64,000 nt of DNA from Acidobacteriota bacterium (GTDB lineage: Bacteria; Acidobacteriota; UBA6911; RPQK01; JAJDTT01): positions 1,184,001-1,248,000 of the forward strand of contig OZ242374.1 of assembly GCA_965209055.1 (NCBI GenBank), written 5' to 3'. The translations under genes were made by a program, and so were the position numbers. Each line of letters begins with the position of its first letter. Positions within the stretch are counted from its first letter, which is position 1. Below, one piece after another: positions 53,586-63,797 of the stretch. The notes under the pieces are model-generated. The model did no database searches and was not told where the DNA came from. It was given only the letters and a program-made list of their open reading frames with translations.

Positions 53586-54359
53586 TTGAAACACTATCGA
53601 CGACATGGCGCGAGTGAGGTCGCCACTCCTTCACTGTTTTTCCTGGTGCGCCAGGATGTCCAGGATGTCAGGTCCAGTTACCGGGCCTCCAGGGCGGAAT
53701 TTTTCTGTGGCGAATGGCTGGACGAAGCCGATCTCCACTGGACACCGGACATGGTCGTTCCCGTGAATCCCGACGAGATCGAGGAGTTCGATCCCCCGAG
53801 AGAATTGGATTGGCCCGATTTCGCCGACAGCATGATCATTCGTCACTCGATCCATTACGATCGGCCCCGGATCTGGAAGAACGCCGGGTTGGATCTCTAC
53901 TCGAGATTCAACGAGAGCCGCGAGGAATTTCTTGCCCGTTGCCATCAAAGAGAGGTCCGCAAAAGGGTCTTGCAGCGGGAAGAGTTGAGGGACGTTTTCT
54001 TGCGCCGGGTCATCGAACTCAAGACGGCGATGACGAAGATGGTGGCCGAGGAGAGATCGGTGGATATGCACCGGGACCGGCGGCTGGCGACGGTCAGGAG
54101 CTTGTTTTCCGATTTGGCCAAGGAGTGGGATCGGCTGCCTCTTCGCGACGACGAACCGGCGCTCCGGAAAAGCGGGGACGCCGACGGAACGGACCGCGAT
54201 CTTCATGAGATGGTCGACTCGTTTCGCGACGACCTCCGGTATCGTTTCGGCCGTATCGAGGTCGGGATTCGGCCCCGGGTCGAGGACCTCGATCCCTACG
54301 AGGTGCCGGTGAACCACTCGCAGGTCGAAATCATCTCGCGCGGGTTCCTCTGGTCTTAG
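53586..54359 (+). CDS. Hypothetical protein
   Basis: Long ORF with plausible composition; extended -10 TGCTATAAT at 53556-53564. Start uncertain. Confidence 0.6.
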   Translation: MKHYRRHGASEVATPSLFFLVRQDVQDVRSSYRASRAEFFCGEWLDEADLHWTPDMVVPVNPDEIEEFDPPRELDWPDFADSMIIRHSIHYDRPRIWKNAGLDLYSRFNESREEFLARCHQREVRKRVLQREELRDVFLRRVIELKTAMTKMVAEERSVDMHRDRRLATVRSLFSDLAKEWDRLPLRDDEPALRKSGDADGTDRDLHEMVDSFRDDLRYRFGRIEVGIRPRVEDLDPYEVPVNHSQVEIISRGFLWS

Positions 54360-54643
54360 CAGCCCGTGGTAAAAGTCGTCACGGCATTCGACCGTCCCTG
54401 CATCCCGGCGGACTGCGTTGCGATTCGGGCACATACTCCCGGTATGCGCGCCGAATCGCGCCTTGTCCGGCGGGCGCAGGAACGGTCTCGGTGCTCGCGG
54501 GACTTTCACCACGGACTGTTAGTAAAATCGAAACTGCGGGCCGGGACCTGACGAACCGTGGCAGCGGCAAAGGCGGCCTCTGCGGCCGCCCGTTCTTGTC
54601 CCAGTCCTTGGATCGGAACCAGGAAGAGGAGTGACCGGCAACC

Positions 54644-55780
54644 ATGGAGCGGATCCTTTTGGCCATGAGTGGCGGCGTGGACAGCTCTGCCGCCGCAGTC
54701 CTGCTCAAGGACGCGGGCTACGACATCGTGGGATGCACCATGCGGTTGTGGGACCACCGCAAGGACCCCCAGGGTACGGCGGTCCGGTCCGGGCGTTGCT
54801 GCTCGCTGGACGACACTTACGACGCGCGCCGTGTGGCGGAGAGGTTGGCGGTCCCGTTTTACGTCGTCAACATGGAGAAGGTCTTTCGGGAAAAGGTCAT
54901 CAGGACCTTTATCGGAGAGTACCTGGAGGGCAGGACTCCGTCTCCCTGCGTGCTCTGCAATACCTTCGTCAAGTTCGACCGGTTGATGGATTTCGCTCGT
55001 CAGATCGGTCTCCAGCGGGTGGCCACCGGTCACTACGTTCGGGTGGGCCGCGACGAAGAGGACGGCCACGTGCTCCTGAAGGCCCGGGACACGGACAAGG
55101 ACCAGTCCTATTTCCTGTTCGAGCTCAACCAGGATCAGTTGGCCCGGACGCTGTTTCCCGTGGGCGAGTATCCCAAGGCCGCGGTTCGGGACATCGCCCG
55201 CGCCAACGGGCTTGTCACCGCCGACAAACCGGAGAGCCAGGAAATCTGTTTCGTTTCCGGGGGCAACTACACGGACTTCATTCGCCGGCAGGCCGGAGGG
55301 GTGGACCACGACTTTCTGCCGGTCCTCCAGGAGCAGGAGCGTCCCGGGCCGGTGCTCATGGCGGACGGCTCGCGGGTGGGGACTCACCGGGGACTGTTCC
55401 GTTTCACGGTGGGACAGAGGCGGGGCCTGGGCATCTCGCATCCGCGGCCTCTGTACGTTCTGCGTCTGGAGCGGCGGAAGAACGCCGTGATCGTCGGTTA
55501 CAAGGAGGAGCTGTTCAGCACGGGGCTGGTGGCCGAGCGTGTCCATTGGATCTCGGGACGGACGCCGCGGGGCCCGGTCCGGGCCTCGGTCAAGATCCGT
55601 TCCCGGCACGCCGAGGCCGCCGCGGAGATCGACTGCCCGGCGGCGGCGGAGAACGGGGGAGGAATGGCACGCGTCGTCTTCGATCGTCCTCAGATGTCGG
55701 TCTCGCCCGGTCAGGCGGCGGTCTTCTACCAGGGTGACCGGGTCCTGGGCGGAGGCTGGATCCGCGAGCGCATCCAGTAA
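54644..55780 (+). CDS. mnmA: tRNA-specific 2-thiouridylase
   Basis: AMSGGVDS, TPSPCVLCN, ATGHY, KDQSYFL, ESQEICF, TVGQRRGLG, PGQAAVFY. Confidence 0.97.
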   Translation: MERILLAMSGGVDSSAAAVLLKDAGYDIVGCTMRLWDHRKDPQGTAVRSGRCCSLDDTYDARRVAERLAVPFYVVNMEKVFREKVIRTFIGEYLEGRTPSPCVLCNTFVKFDRLMDFARQIGLQRVATGHYVRVGRDEEDGHVLLKARDTDKDQSYFLFELNQDQLARTLFPVGEYPKAAVRDIARANGLVTADKPESQEICFVSGGNYTDFIRRQAGGVDHDFLPVLQEQERPGPVLMADGSRVGTHRGLFRFTVGQRRGLGISHPRPLYVLRLERRKNAVIVGYKEELFSTGLVAERVHWISGRTPRGPVRASVKIRSRHAEAAAEIDCPAAAENGGGMARVVFDRPQMSVSPGQAAVFYQGDRVLGGGWIRERIQ

Positions 55781-55921
55781 GGAGGAGCGGCGGTTTCCAG
55801 TGGGGGCGGCGGTTTCCAACCGGGGGCGGCGGTTTCCAACCGCCGAACAAAAAAGTCAGTTTGCGTGACCTCCCGCGAAATCTCCCGGCCGCGTGAAACT
55901 TCCGGCGCCCCGTCCAGTCCA

Positions 55922-57076
55922 ATGGGTGTGATTCCAAAAGTCTCAGTTCTGGTGGTGGCCGGAGAAACCTCCGGCGAGCAGCATGCCGCGGCGCTGGTCC
56001 GGGAAATCGACCGGCTCAGCTCCGGCATCCGGATCCAGTGGTTCGGGAGCGGCAGCCAAAAGATGTCCCAGGCGGGCGTTGACCTGCTGGAGGACGTCTC
56101 CAGGCTGGCCGCCATCGGTCCCTGGGAGGCGGCTGGAAATCTGTCCAGCTATTGGAAGCTGTATCGGAGCATTCTCCGGGAGGTCCGGTTGCGCCGGACC
56201 CGGCTCGCCATCCTGGTCGACTTTCCCGATTTCAATCTCAGGCTGGCCCGCCGTTTGAAACAGGCGGGCGTGACGGTCGTATACTTCATTGCACCCCAGG
56301 TGTGGGCATGGCGCTCTTCGCGCGTCCGCCAGATTCGAAGGGACGTGGATCTGGTTCTGGCCGTCTTTCCCTTCGAGCAGGAGTACTTTCGGAGCCGGGG
56401 CGTCAACGCTCGCTACGTGGGGAATCCGTCTCTGGAGCGGCTTCGGGAGGTGGAGCCCGGAGCCGGGTCCGGCCCGCAGGAGGAACCCCTGGTGGCTCTG
56501 CTGCCGGGCAGCCGGATCCAGGAGGTGCGGCGAATCTTCCCACGCATGCTGGACGCCGCCCGCTACGCTGCACGCCGCTGCCAGGCACGATACTGGGTGG
56601 TCAAGGCTCCGGACCTGCCGCTGGAGGAACTGAAGAAAGTCTACCGAAGCTGGTTGGGGAGGCGGGGCAAGCCCTTGCCTCTGGAGTTCCGGGAGGAGGA
56701 AACGGCCCAAGTCCTTCCCCGGACCGACTGTGCCATAATCAAAAGTGGGACCTCTACATTGGAAGCCACGTTGCTGCGCGTTCCGTTCGCCATGGTCTAC
56801 CGGATGTCGTGGCCGACATGGATATTCGCCCGTCTTCTGGTCCGGACCCGGACCTACTCTCTGACCAATCTGGTTATGGGCGAACGCATCGTGCCCGAGT
56901 TCATTCAATGGCAAGCGCGGGGACGGACCATCGGCCGCTACCTGGTGCGGCTCCTCACTCAGGAAGGGGAGAGGGCGAGCGTCAGGGAGAAATTGGGACA
57001 GGCCGCCGGCCGCCTGGGCCGGCAGAACGCGTATCGTGAAGCTGCGATGCAGGTCCGAACTTATCTGCAGGAGTGA
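55922..57076 (+). CDS. lpxB: Lipid-A-disaccharide synthase
   Basis: VAGETSG, VDFPDFN, APQVWAWR, FPFE, VGNP, LLPGSR..E, SGTSTLE, PEFIQ. Confidence 0.95.
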   Translation: MGVIPKVSVLVVAGETSGEQHAAALVREIDRLSSGIRIQWFGSGSQKMSQAGVDLLEDVSRLAAIGPWEAAGNLSSYWKLYRSILREVRLRRTRLAILVDFPDFNLRLARRLKQAGVTVVYFIAPQVWAWRSSRVRQIRRDVDLVLAVFPFEQEYFRSRGVNARYVGNPSLERLREVEPGAGSGPQEEPLVALLPGSRIQEVRRIFPRMLDAARYAARRCQARYWVVKAPDLPLEELKKVYRSWLGRRGKPLPLEFREEETAQVLPRTDCAIIKSGTSTLEATLLRVPFAMVYRMSWPTWIFARLLVRTRTYSLTNLVMGERIVPEFIQWQARGRTIGRYLVRLLTQEGERASVREKLGQAAGRLGRQNAYREAAMQVRTYLQE

Positions 57077-57080
57077 TGTC

Positions 57081-59063
57081 ATGAAAGTGCTGATCGCGAT
57101 TTCTCTTCTGGTACTGGGGAATGCTCCGGCATGGGCGGAGACGGCGCCCGCCGGACCGCGCCTGCTGGATGTGAGCCATTACGACATCGAGGTGGAGGTG
57201 GACCCCCAGGAGCGTTTCCTGGAGGGATCGGCCCGGGTCACCTTCAAGGTCTTGGAGAACATCCTCAGCATCCCCTTCGACTTCAACAATCAGCTCAGCA
57301 TTCTGTCGACCATGGACCAGGACGGGAACCGGTACTCGACACGATTCGACGACCTGAGCCAGAAGAACATGAGGGTTCAGGGCCCCAAGTCCCTCAACCC
57401 GGGGACCGAGGTGACGCTCACTTTCCGGTTCGAGGGGAATCTGGAAGGGGATGAATTCGCCTTCCTGAACGTCGCCCGCACCGAGAAGGCCGTGATTTCC
57501 CCCGACGGAGCACTGCTCTTGTCCGAGGGCCGCTGGTTTCCTCAGCACCTGCTTCCGTTCGACTCGGCGACGGCCAAGGTACGGGTGCGGGTTCCCCTTG
57601 GATTCTCGGCCGTGGCGCCCGGACGCCTGGAATCGATCCGGACCGAGGGCGTCACCGAAGTCTTCAATTGGTCGAGCGACTATCCCCTGACCGAGATCCC
57701 CGTGGTGGTTGCCCAATACCTCCGGCAGGATTTCAAGGAGGGTCCGGTTCCCATCAGCTTCCACGTGAGGGAGGACTTCAAGGGCGACTTGACTCCCTGG
57801 GCTCAGGAGATCGAAAAGATCCTGGAATTCTACACCCAGGAGTACGGACCCAGCCCGGTGTCCAAACTGGACCTGGTTGCGGTGGGCAAGGTGGAGTTGG
57901 AGACCGCCGGGTCGTTCGGCCTCATATTTCTGGAATCCGGACTGCTCGAAGCCAAGCGGATGCCGGTGATGGAGTTGGCCAAACGGCTGGCCCGTCATTG
58001 GTGGGGGTACTCGGTGCGGCCGAAGGGGGACCGCGACGTCTTCCTCCGCGAAGGTTTCTGCACCTACGCGGCACTCCGTTACATGGAGTCGAGTCACGCC
58101 GACGATTTTCGCGGCGTGCTGGCCCGCGAGGCGGTGGATGCCATGAAGCACCAGAAACTGGCCCCCATCACCGAGGGCCTCACCTTCAAGCCCGGCTCTT
58201 CCCAGTACGAGTCCATCGTCGGCAGCAAGGGGGCCTGGGTGCTCTATATGCTGGGTCAGCTCATCGGCCGGGAGGGCTTCGACGGGTATTTCAAGGAGTG
58301 GTACCAGGAGCGGAAGGACCAGGAGTCGGGCATCCAGGATTTCGTCGACTTCGTCCAGCGGAAGAGCGGCGAAGACTACGGCTGGTTCTTCGTCCAGTGG
58401 GTGGAGTCGGTCGGAGTCCCCGAGTTCAAGGTCGACTACAACATCTACAAGCTGCGAGACGGGACCTTCCAGATCCGCGGCCAGGTGAAGCAGGACATCG
58501 ACCTCTTCCGCATGCCGGCCGACCTGCGAATCGAGACCAAGGGTGACGCCAACGACGACAAACTGGTCATCGGAGGCCGCTCCACGTCGTTCAAGCTCGA
58601 CATGAAGGACCGGCCCCTCCGGGTGGTGGTGGATCCCAACGGAAAGATCCTGAACGATTCGGATCGGATGCGGGTCCTGGTCCACATCGCGCTGGGAGAG
58701 GACTACCAGCGGAAGGCGGAGTTCGTGGCGGCGATTCAGGAATTCGAGAAGGCCAAGGAGATGGACCCCAGAAGCTCCATGGCCAGCTATCGGCTGGGCG
58801 AGGTGTTCTTCCAGCAGCACAGCTTCTCCAATTCGGCCAACGCCTTCCGGGAGTCCCTCAACGGGAACCTGAATCCACCCTGGATCGAGACCTGGATCCA
58901 TATCTACCTGGGAAAGATCTACGACATCCTGGGCCAGCGGGAGCGGGCCAAGTCGGAATACCGCAAGGCCGCCAACAGCAAGATCGACTACAACGGAGCC
59001 CAGGCCGAGGCCAAGAAATACCTGGAGGAGCCCTTCACCCGCCCCCGTACCGTCTCGAGCTGA
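57081..59063 (+). CDS. Secreted M1-aminopeptidase-like protein with C-terminal TPRs; Zn motif degenerate
   Basis: Signal peptide, HYDIEV, WWG...LREGF.TY, KGAWVLYML, WFFVQW...GVP, VDP, TPRs. The HEXXH position reads KRLAR. Confidence 0.8.
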   Translation: MKVLIAISLLVLGNAPAWAETAPAGPRLLDVSHYDIEVEVDPQERFLEGSARVTFKVLENILSIPFDFNNQLSILSTMDQDGNRYSTRFDDLSQKNMRVQGPKSLNPGTEVTLTFRFEGNLEGDEFAFLNVARTEKAVISPDGALLLSEGRWFPQHLLPFDSATAKVRVRVPLGFSAVAPGRLESIRTEGVTEVFNWSSDYPLTEIPVVVAQYLRQDFKEGPVPISFHVREDFKGDLTPWAQEIEKILEFYTQEYGPSPVSKLDLVAVGKVELETAGSFGLIFLESGLLEAKRMPVMELAKRLARHWWGYSVRPKGDRDVFLREGFCTYAALRYMESSHADDFRGVLAREAVDAMKHQKLAPITEGLTFKPGSSQYESIVGSKGAWVLYMLGQLIGREGFDGYFKEWYQERKDQESGIQDFVDFVQRKSGEDYGWFFVQWVESVGVPEFKVDYNIYKLRDGTFQIRGQVKQDIDLFRMPADLRIETKGDANDDKLVIGGRSTSFKLDMKDRPLRVVVDPNGKILNDSDRMRVLVHIALGEDYQRKAEFVAAIQEFEKAKEMDPRSSMASYRLGEVFFQQHSFSNSANAFRESLNGNLNPPWIETWIHIYLGKIYDILGQRERAKSEYRKAANSKIDYNGAQAEAKKYLEEPFTRPRTVSS

Positions 59064-59272
59064 CCGGAGCGCCGCCGGGAGCGGCGGTTTCCAACCGCCG
59101 ACCAAGGGGGGTAAGGGGGGACGTCAGTCCCCCCTTTACGCTTCAAGAGTCCCAGCTCCGAATCGCGACGCGCATTCTCCGAGGCTGCTAAACTAAACGC
59201 CCATAGCGGGAATCTCCTGGGGCGCACCCCATCGGCTTCGGTGATTGCCGCTGTAGTTTCTCGACCCAGGGT

Positions 59273-59348
59273 GGGGGTATAGCTCAGTTGGAAGAGCACC
59301 TGCTTTGCAAGCAGGGGGTCGTCGGTTCGAATCCGATTACCTCCACCA
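59273..59348 (+). tRNA. tRNA-Ala(TGC)
   Basis: GGGGGTA/TACCTCC with G3:U70, CCTGC-TTTGCAA-GCAGG, ends in ACCA. Confidence 0.96.
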
Positions 59349-59452
59349 TTACTCCTTCCAGAGCGATCCAGAGAAGTCCTGTAAGTTCCTATTTAACAGC
59401 AATTTAACGAGTTTTTGCGTCCATACTACTCCAATAGCATCCCTTGACATCC

Positions 59453-59482
59453 GGGGGCAACTGGGGGCAACATTGGGGGCAA
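59453..59482 (+). repeat. Three GGGGGCAA direct repeats (putative integrase arm-type sites)
   Basis: GGGGGCAA-CT-GGGGGCAA-CATT-GGGGGCAA between the tRNA and the P4-like integrase. Confidence 0.65.
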
Positions 59483-59513
59483 GTTAGAAGTCATCGAAAG
59501 GAGTTGCCCCCAC

Positions 59514-60707
59514 ATGCCCCTCACCGCCACTGCCGTTCGTCATGCGAAACCTTCCAAGAAGACCAGGAAAATGTTCGACGGAAGGGGTCTGTATCTGGAA
59601 TTAACTCCCAGCGGCGGCAAACGTTGGCGGCTGAAATATCGCTTCGCAGGAAAAGAGAAACGGATCTCCCTCGGTGTATATCCCGACGTGTCCTTGAAAG
59701 AAGCCCGGATACGGCGTCATCAAGCACGCACGCTGTTGGCCCGAGAGATCGATCCCAGCGAGCACCGCAAAGCGCACAAGGCCGCGAAGGAACAACGCTC
59801 AGCCAACAGTTTCGAAGCCGTGGCCCGGGAATGGTTCACGAAACATGCTCCCAACTGGGCGACGAGTCACGCCACGCGCGTCCTCAGCCGACTGGAGCGG
59901 GACATCTTTCCGTGGATGGGCAGGCGGCCGATTTCCCGCATCACGGCCCCTGAGTTGTTGGCCGTTGTCCGTCGGATCGAGAAACGGGGGGCACTGGAGA
60001 GTGCCCACCGGACCCTTCGGATCTGCGGACAGGTGTTTCGCTATGCAGTGGCCACGGGAAGAGCCCAGCGTGACCCCTCCAGTGACTTGCGAGGCGCATT
60101 GCCGCCGGTCAAGAGAACCCACTTCGCCGCTCTGACCGAACCAAAGGAGGTCGGACCCTTGCTGCGAGTGCTGGACGGCTACCGGGGGACGCTGATCGTG
60201 CGTTGCGCCCTGCGCTTCGCTCCGTTAGTCTTCGTGCGGCCCGGGGAGTTGCGCCACGCTCAGTGGTCGGATATCGATCTAGAAGCGGCGGAGTGGCGTT
60301 ACACCGTCACCAAGACCGACCTCCCGCATGTCGTTCCGCTTGCCCGCCAAGCAGTGGGGATCCTAAGCGAACTGCAACCCCTGACCGGACGGGGACGCTA
60401 TGTGTTCCCCAGTGCCCGCACTCCGAACGGAAACCGACCCATGAGCGAGAATGCCGTTCTCGCCGCCCTGCGGCGCATGGGGATCGGAAAGGAGGAGATG
60501 ACGGGCCATGGGTTTCGGGCGATGGCAAGAACCATCCTAGATGAAGTGTTGGGATTTCGTCCCGACTTCATCGAGCACCAGTTGGCCCACGCGGTGCGTG
60601 ACCCCAACGGGCGGGCTTACAACCGCACGGCCTATCTGCCGGAACGGCGAAAGATGATGCAGGAGTGGGCCGACTATCTGGATCAGTTGAAGGCAGTGAG
60701 CAAGTAA
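59514..60707 (+). CDS. P4-like tyrosine recombinase/integrase
   Basis: Arm-binding N-terminus (DGRGLYL...GGKRWRLKYR...SLGVYP); catalytic R (VRPGE), K, HGFR, LAH, Y (AYNR). Confidence 0.95.
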   Translation: MPLTATAVRHAKPSKKTRKMFDGRGLYLELTPSGGKRWRLKYRFAGKEKRISLGVYPDVSLKEARIRRHQARTLLAREIDPSEHRKAHKAAKEQRSANSFEAVAREWFTKHAPNWATSHATRVLSRLERDIFPWMGRRPISRITAPELLAVVRRIEKRGALESAHRTLRICGQVFRYAVATGRAQRDPSSDLRGALPPVKRTHFAALTEPKEVGPLLRVLDGYRGTLIVRCALRFAPLVFVRPGELRHAQWSDIDLEAAEWRYTVTKTDLPHVVPLARQAVGILSELQPLTGRGRYVFPSARTPNGNRPMSENAVLAALRRMGIGKEEMTGHGFRAMARTILDEVLGFRPDFIEHQLAHAVRDPNGRAYNRTAYLPERRKMMQEWADYLDQLKAVSK

Positions 60708-61616
60708 TTGCGACCCATCCTAGCGTCTGAGCTGAAACTCTGAAGTCCGTTGGGATCGGACGGTCTCCACGGATTCAGGTCGCGGCACCATTCAGACAGA
60801 ATCCAGGCACGATTATCGATCCTGGCACATCCTGCGGTGTAATTCTCCGTTAATCTGAGTCCAGCGTTCCAAGGGCAAGGGTCGGACTTTTTGGCCAGAC
60901 CGTTTCCCGCAGGAGATTCCAAACGGAGGTTGACCCTTGAGAAGTTGACGGCGCCATCCGTGGAGCCAGGCCGCGGGAGGACCAAGTTCACCCCCGAGCG
61001 GAAGGTCCTTGTGATGTTCCTTCGAGACAAGGGCATGATTTGGACCGCTCTGGCGAGGAAGGAGGGGGGCAGGCCAGACAGAGTGCATGCCTTCCCGCAT
61101 CCGATATCGATCGCGCGGGTCCGGACCCGTCGGGCGTGAAAAACTCCCAGATTCCGGACAACCTAACCGCGAGCCGATATTCACTCACTTGGGCTCGGGG
61201 TGGCAGATCGCCGCAATTCTGCGCCAAGAGTACTTCCGAGGCCCCGATGGTGATCAGTGCGGCTGCAACGGACAAGAACACGGATGGGGATATTCGGCTC
61301 ATAGATTCTCGCCTCCAAGTCACAGAGAAAATACGGCATCGGTTCCGTCACATTTATTTTGAAGGGGGCATGATCTTCCACGTCGTCCACCTTCGACCAA
61401 GAGTCGCGGAGCTGGCCCAGGCGCACTTCATGATGATCCATCACACGTTTGTCCCAGGCTTGTGGAGGAGATTAGAAACGTGACGACACGATGAACCAGA
61501 CGATGTGCTCGGAGGCTGTGTCGTATCGGTTACGATGCGCGCCCGCGCACGACTGGGGGAAAGCGACCAACGGTCCAGAATTGACCTCCAACTCGGCCAC
61601 CGCGTATTGTTGCGGC

Positions 61617-61844
61617 ATGAGTCAATTGGATCGCATCACCCTGGAGCCGGAGAAGAGAGGAGGGAAGCCGTGTATTCGCGGGCTGAGGATCACGGTGTAC
61701 GACATCCTCGAGTACTTGGCGTCCGGGATGAAGGAATCGGAAATACTGGCGGATTTCCCGGACTTGGAGCGCGGAGACATCCGGGCGGCACTCGCATTTG
61801 CTGCGGAGCGTGAACGCAGGCTCGTTTCGATTCCGCCCGGGTGA
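61617..61844 (+). CDS. DUF433 antitoxin (VapB45-like)
   Basis: RITLEPEKRGGKPCIRGLRITVYDIL..LASGM...EILADFPDL...DIRAAL.FA. Confidence 0.9.
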   Translation: MSQLDRITLEPEKRGGKPCIRGLRITVYDILEYLASGMKESEILADFPDLERGDIRAALAFAAERERRLVSIPPG

Positions 61845-62173
61845 AGCTCCTTTTCGACGAGAATCTGTCCCCGCGTCTGGTCGGTGGTCTAACGGACGTG
61901 TTTCCGGGATCCGTCCACGTCCGAGATATCGGCTTGGCCCGTGCGACCGACGCTGCAATCTGGGCTTACGCGAGGGAACACGACTTCACCATCGTCTCGA
62001 AGGACTCGGATTTCCATCAGGTGAGTTTCCTTCGGGGTCCGCCTCCGAAGGTCATCTGGATCAGGCGAGGCAACTGCACCACGACGGACATCGAGACGTT
62101 GCTCCGATTCAACCGGACAGGGATCCGCGCCTTCGTTTCCGAATCAGGGTCGGCATTCCTAGCGCTCTCTTAG
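61841..62173 (+). CDS. DUF5615 PIN-like toxin (VapC45-like)
   Basis: KLLFDENLS, HV, D..IW.YA, IVSKDSDF, PPKVIWIR.GN. GTGA overlap with DUF433. Confidence 0.9.
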   Translation: MKLLFDENLSPRLVGGLTDVFPGSVHVRDIGLARATDAAIWAYAREHDFTIVSKDSDFHQVSFLRGPPPKVIWIRRGNCTTTDIETLLRFNRTGIRAFVSESGSAFLALS

Positions 62174-62391
62174 TCGATCACGGATCCCGGATGGGATCAG
62201 GCAGCTCTTGTTCGGTCGGAACACGGGAACTGGACCGCCTTGAGCCAATCCTCGTCGCAACCTGCTTCCCTTGTTCTCATGACCTCGATAAACGGGCGAA
62301 CTCCTATTGCGCCACGGCTTGCGACTGCGAGCCCAGTCGCCGACCATGAGAGTATCCGTCCTCCCACATGCTGTACTCTTTCCACTCTCAC

Positions 62392-63567
62392 CTAACCAGT
62401 GATCAGATCCTCAAGACGTTCTCCCCACCGCTGCAACGCTCGGCCTATTTCCGGTAGCTTGTCCCACCGGTTGTACACTGCTGTCATGTGCCGGAACGGC
62501 CACGAGTGGTTCAGAATCCGGGCGATTGTGACATCGTCGGTGCCGAGCTTGCTCAAGTTCGTCGCACAGGTCCGCCGCAAGTCGTGGGGTCGAAAATGGA
62601 ATCCTGTTTTTTTCTGAATGCGTTGGCTCATCTTTTGGAGCCAGCGGATGTGTCCACCTCTGGGGGAGGCAAAGACAAATTCCGAGTCACCAGTCAAGGG
62701 GCGCAGGCCCTCGATGATGACCAGAGCCTGCGACGACAAGGGCACCTTGTGTTCACGCTTGTTCTTGGTTTCGGTGGCTGGAACGGTCCAGATGTTCTCG
62801 TCGTCCAGGTCGCGCCACCGCATCGCTTTCGTTTCGCCGGGTCTTTGCCCCATCAACAAGATGAGCCGATAGATGGAAGCGGTCGGTTCCATTCGGTTCT
62901 CCAAATCTTTCCAAAGCGCCCGGATTTCATGGTCGCTCAGCACGCGGTCACGACTCCTTTCCCTGGCCGGCAAAGCGACGTGGGTGCAGGGATTGGCAAA
63001 TGTCTCCGGAACCAGCGCCTTCCTCAACGCAAAATTGAAGATCGTGGAGGTCAGTGCCTTGACCCGGTTGGCCATGACCGGAGCCTGACGATTGAATTGG
63101 ATGTCGTCCAGAAGACGAATGACATCGGACCGTGTGATGGTGCGAAACTTTCTTCGGCCCCAAACCGGCAGCAGGTAGGTGTTCAAGATGCGAGTGTCTT
63201 CCTTGATGCTGGCCGGTTTCTTGTTGGGTCGGGCGTGTCTCTCCAGATACAACTCGGCCAACTCCTCGAATGTACCGGCTTGGCGTTCTTGCCGGCGTTC
63301 TTCCGCTGGGTCTTCTCCTCGCTGGACCGCACCCAGCAATTTGAACGCCTGAGACCTGGCCTGAGCCAGCGAGAGTGCCGGATAGACGCCAAGCTTCATC
63401 CGTCTTCGTCGGCCGTCGGCTCGATAAAGGAACGTGAAGGTTTTTCGCCCGCTCTTCATGATCCGAACTCCGAAAGATCCAGGGAAGGACTGATCCCAGA
63501 ATTCCTGGACAGTTTGTTCCGTCTTCAGGTTCTTCAGCAGTCTGTCGGTCAGCTTTGTGGTGGGCAT
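62392..63567 (-). CDS. Second tyrosine recombinase/integrase
   Basis: Arm-binding N-terminus (WD...FGVRI..SGRKTF...LGVYP), GQRPGE, TKNKREH, HDLRRT, LNH, VYNR. Confidence 0.92.
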   Translation of the reverse strand: MPTTKLTDRLLKNLKTEQTVQEFWDQSFPGSFGVRIMKSGRKTFTFLYRADGRRRRMKLGVYPALSLAQARSQAFKLLGAVQRGEDPAEERRQERQAGTFEELAELYLERHARPNKKPASIKEDTRILNTYLLPVWGRRKFRTITRSDVIRLLDDIQFNRQAPVMANRVKALTSTIFNFALRKALVPETFANPCTHVALPARERSRDRVLSDHEIRALWKDLENRMEPTASIYRLILLMGQRPGETKAMRWRDLDDENIWTVPATETKNKREHKVPLSSQALVIIEGLRPLTGDSEFVFASPRGGHIRWLQKMSQRIQKKTGFHFRPHDLRRTCATNLSKLGTDDVTIARILNHSWPFRHMTAVYNRWDKLPEIGRALQRWGERLEDLITG

Positions 63568-63581
63568 TTCGTCTCCTCTTC

Positions 63582-63620
63582 TTGGAACCCATTTCAGAAA
63601 AAGGTTCCATATGGGTTCCA
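63582..63620. repeat. GGTTCCA direct and inverted repeats (putative arm-type sites of integrase 2)
   Basis: TTGGAACCCAT...AGGTTCCAT-ATGGGTTCCAA. Confidence 0.55.
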
Positions 63621-63748
63621 ATACGCTCAGGATTTAGCGGGAACTACTAAGACCCAATGATACGACGCTGGACTGACAAGTTCAATGATATCAGTCATTT
63701 GTAAGACTTTCTGGGATCAGTTGAGACGTAGTGAGACGACCTTCTTCG

Positions 63749-63797
63749 CTGAATGGGGTTCAGGGGGTCGGGAGTTCGAATCTCCCCGTCCCGACCA
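63749..63797 (+). other. 3' half of tRNA-Pro(GGG): att-site duplication
   Basis: CTGA-ATGGGGT-TCAG anticodon arm, GGGAG-TTCGAAT-CTCCC T arm and CGTCCCG-ACCA, with no D arm or 5' acceptor strand upstream. Confidence 0.85.

Larger units (their letters stand above)
59349..63797. mobile_element. Composite or decayed genomic island with two tyrosine integrases and a TA pair
   Basis: Begins right after tRNA-Ala and ends in a tRNA-Pro 3' fragment; lower GC; lacks the host REP hairpins. Confidence 0.8.

Noticed and set aside
60708-61616. Short ORFs inside the island
   Set aside because: Overlapping short frames without convincing motifs or RBS; probably decayed cargo, so not called.
63720-63797. 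Intact tRNA-Pro gene
   Set aside because: No D arm and no 5' strand complementary to CGTCCCG; it is only a 3' att fragment.
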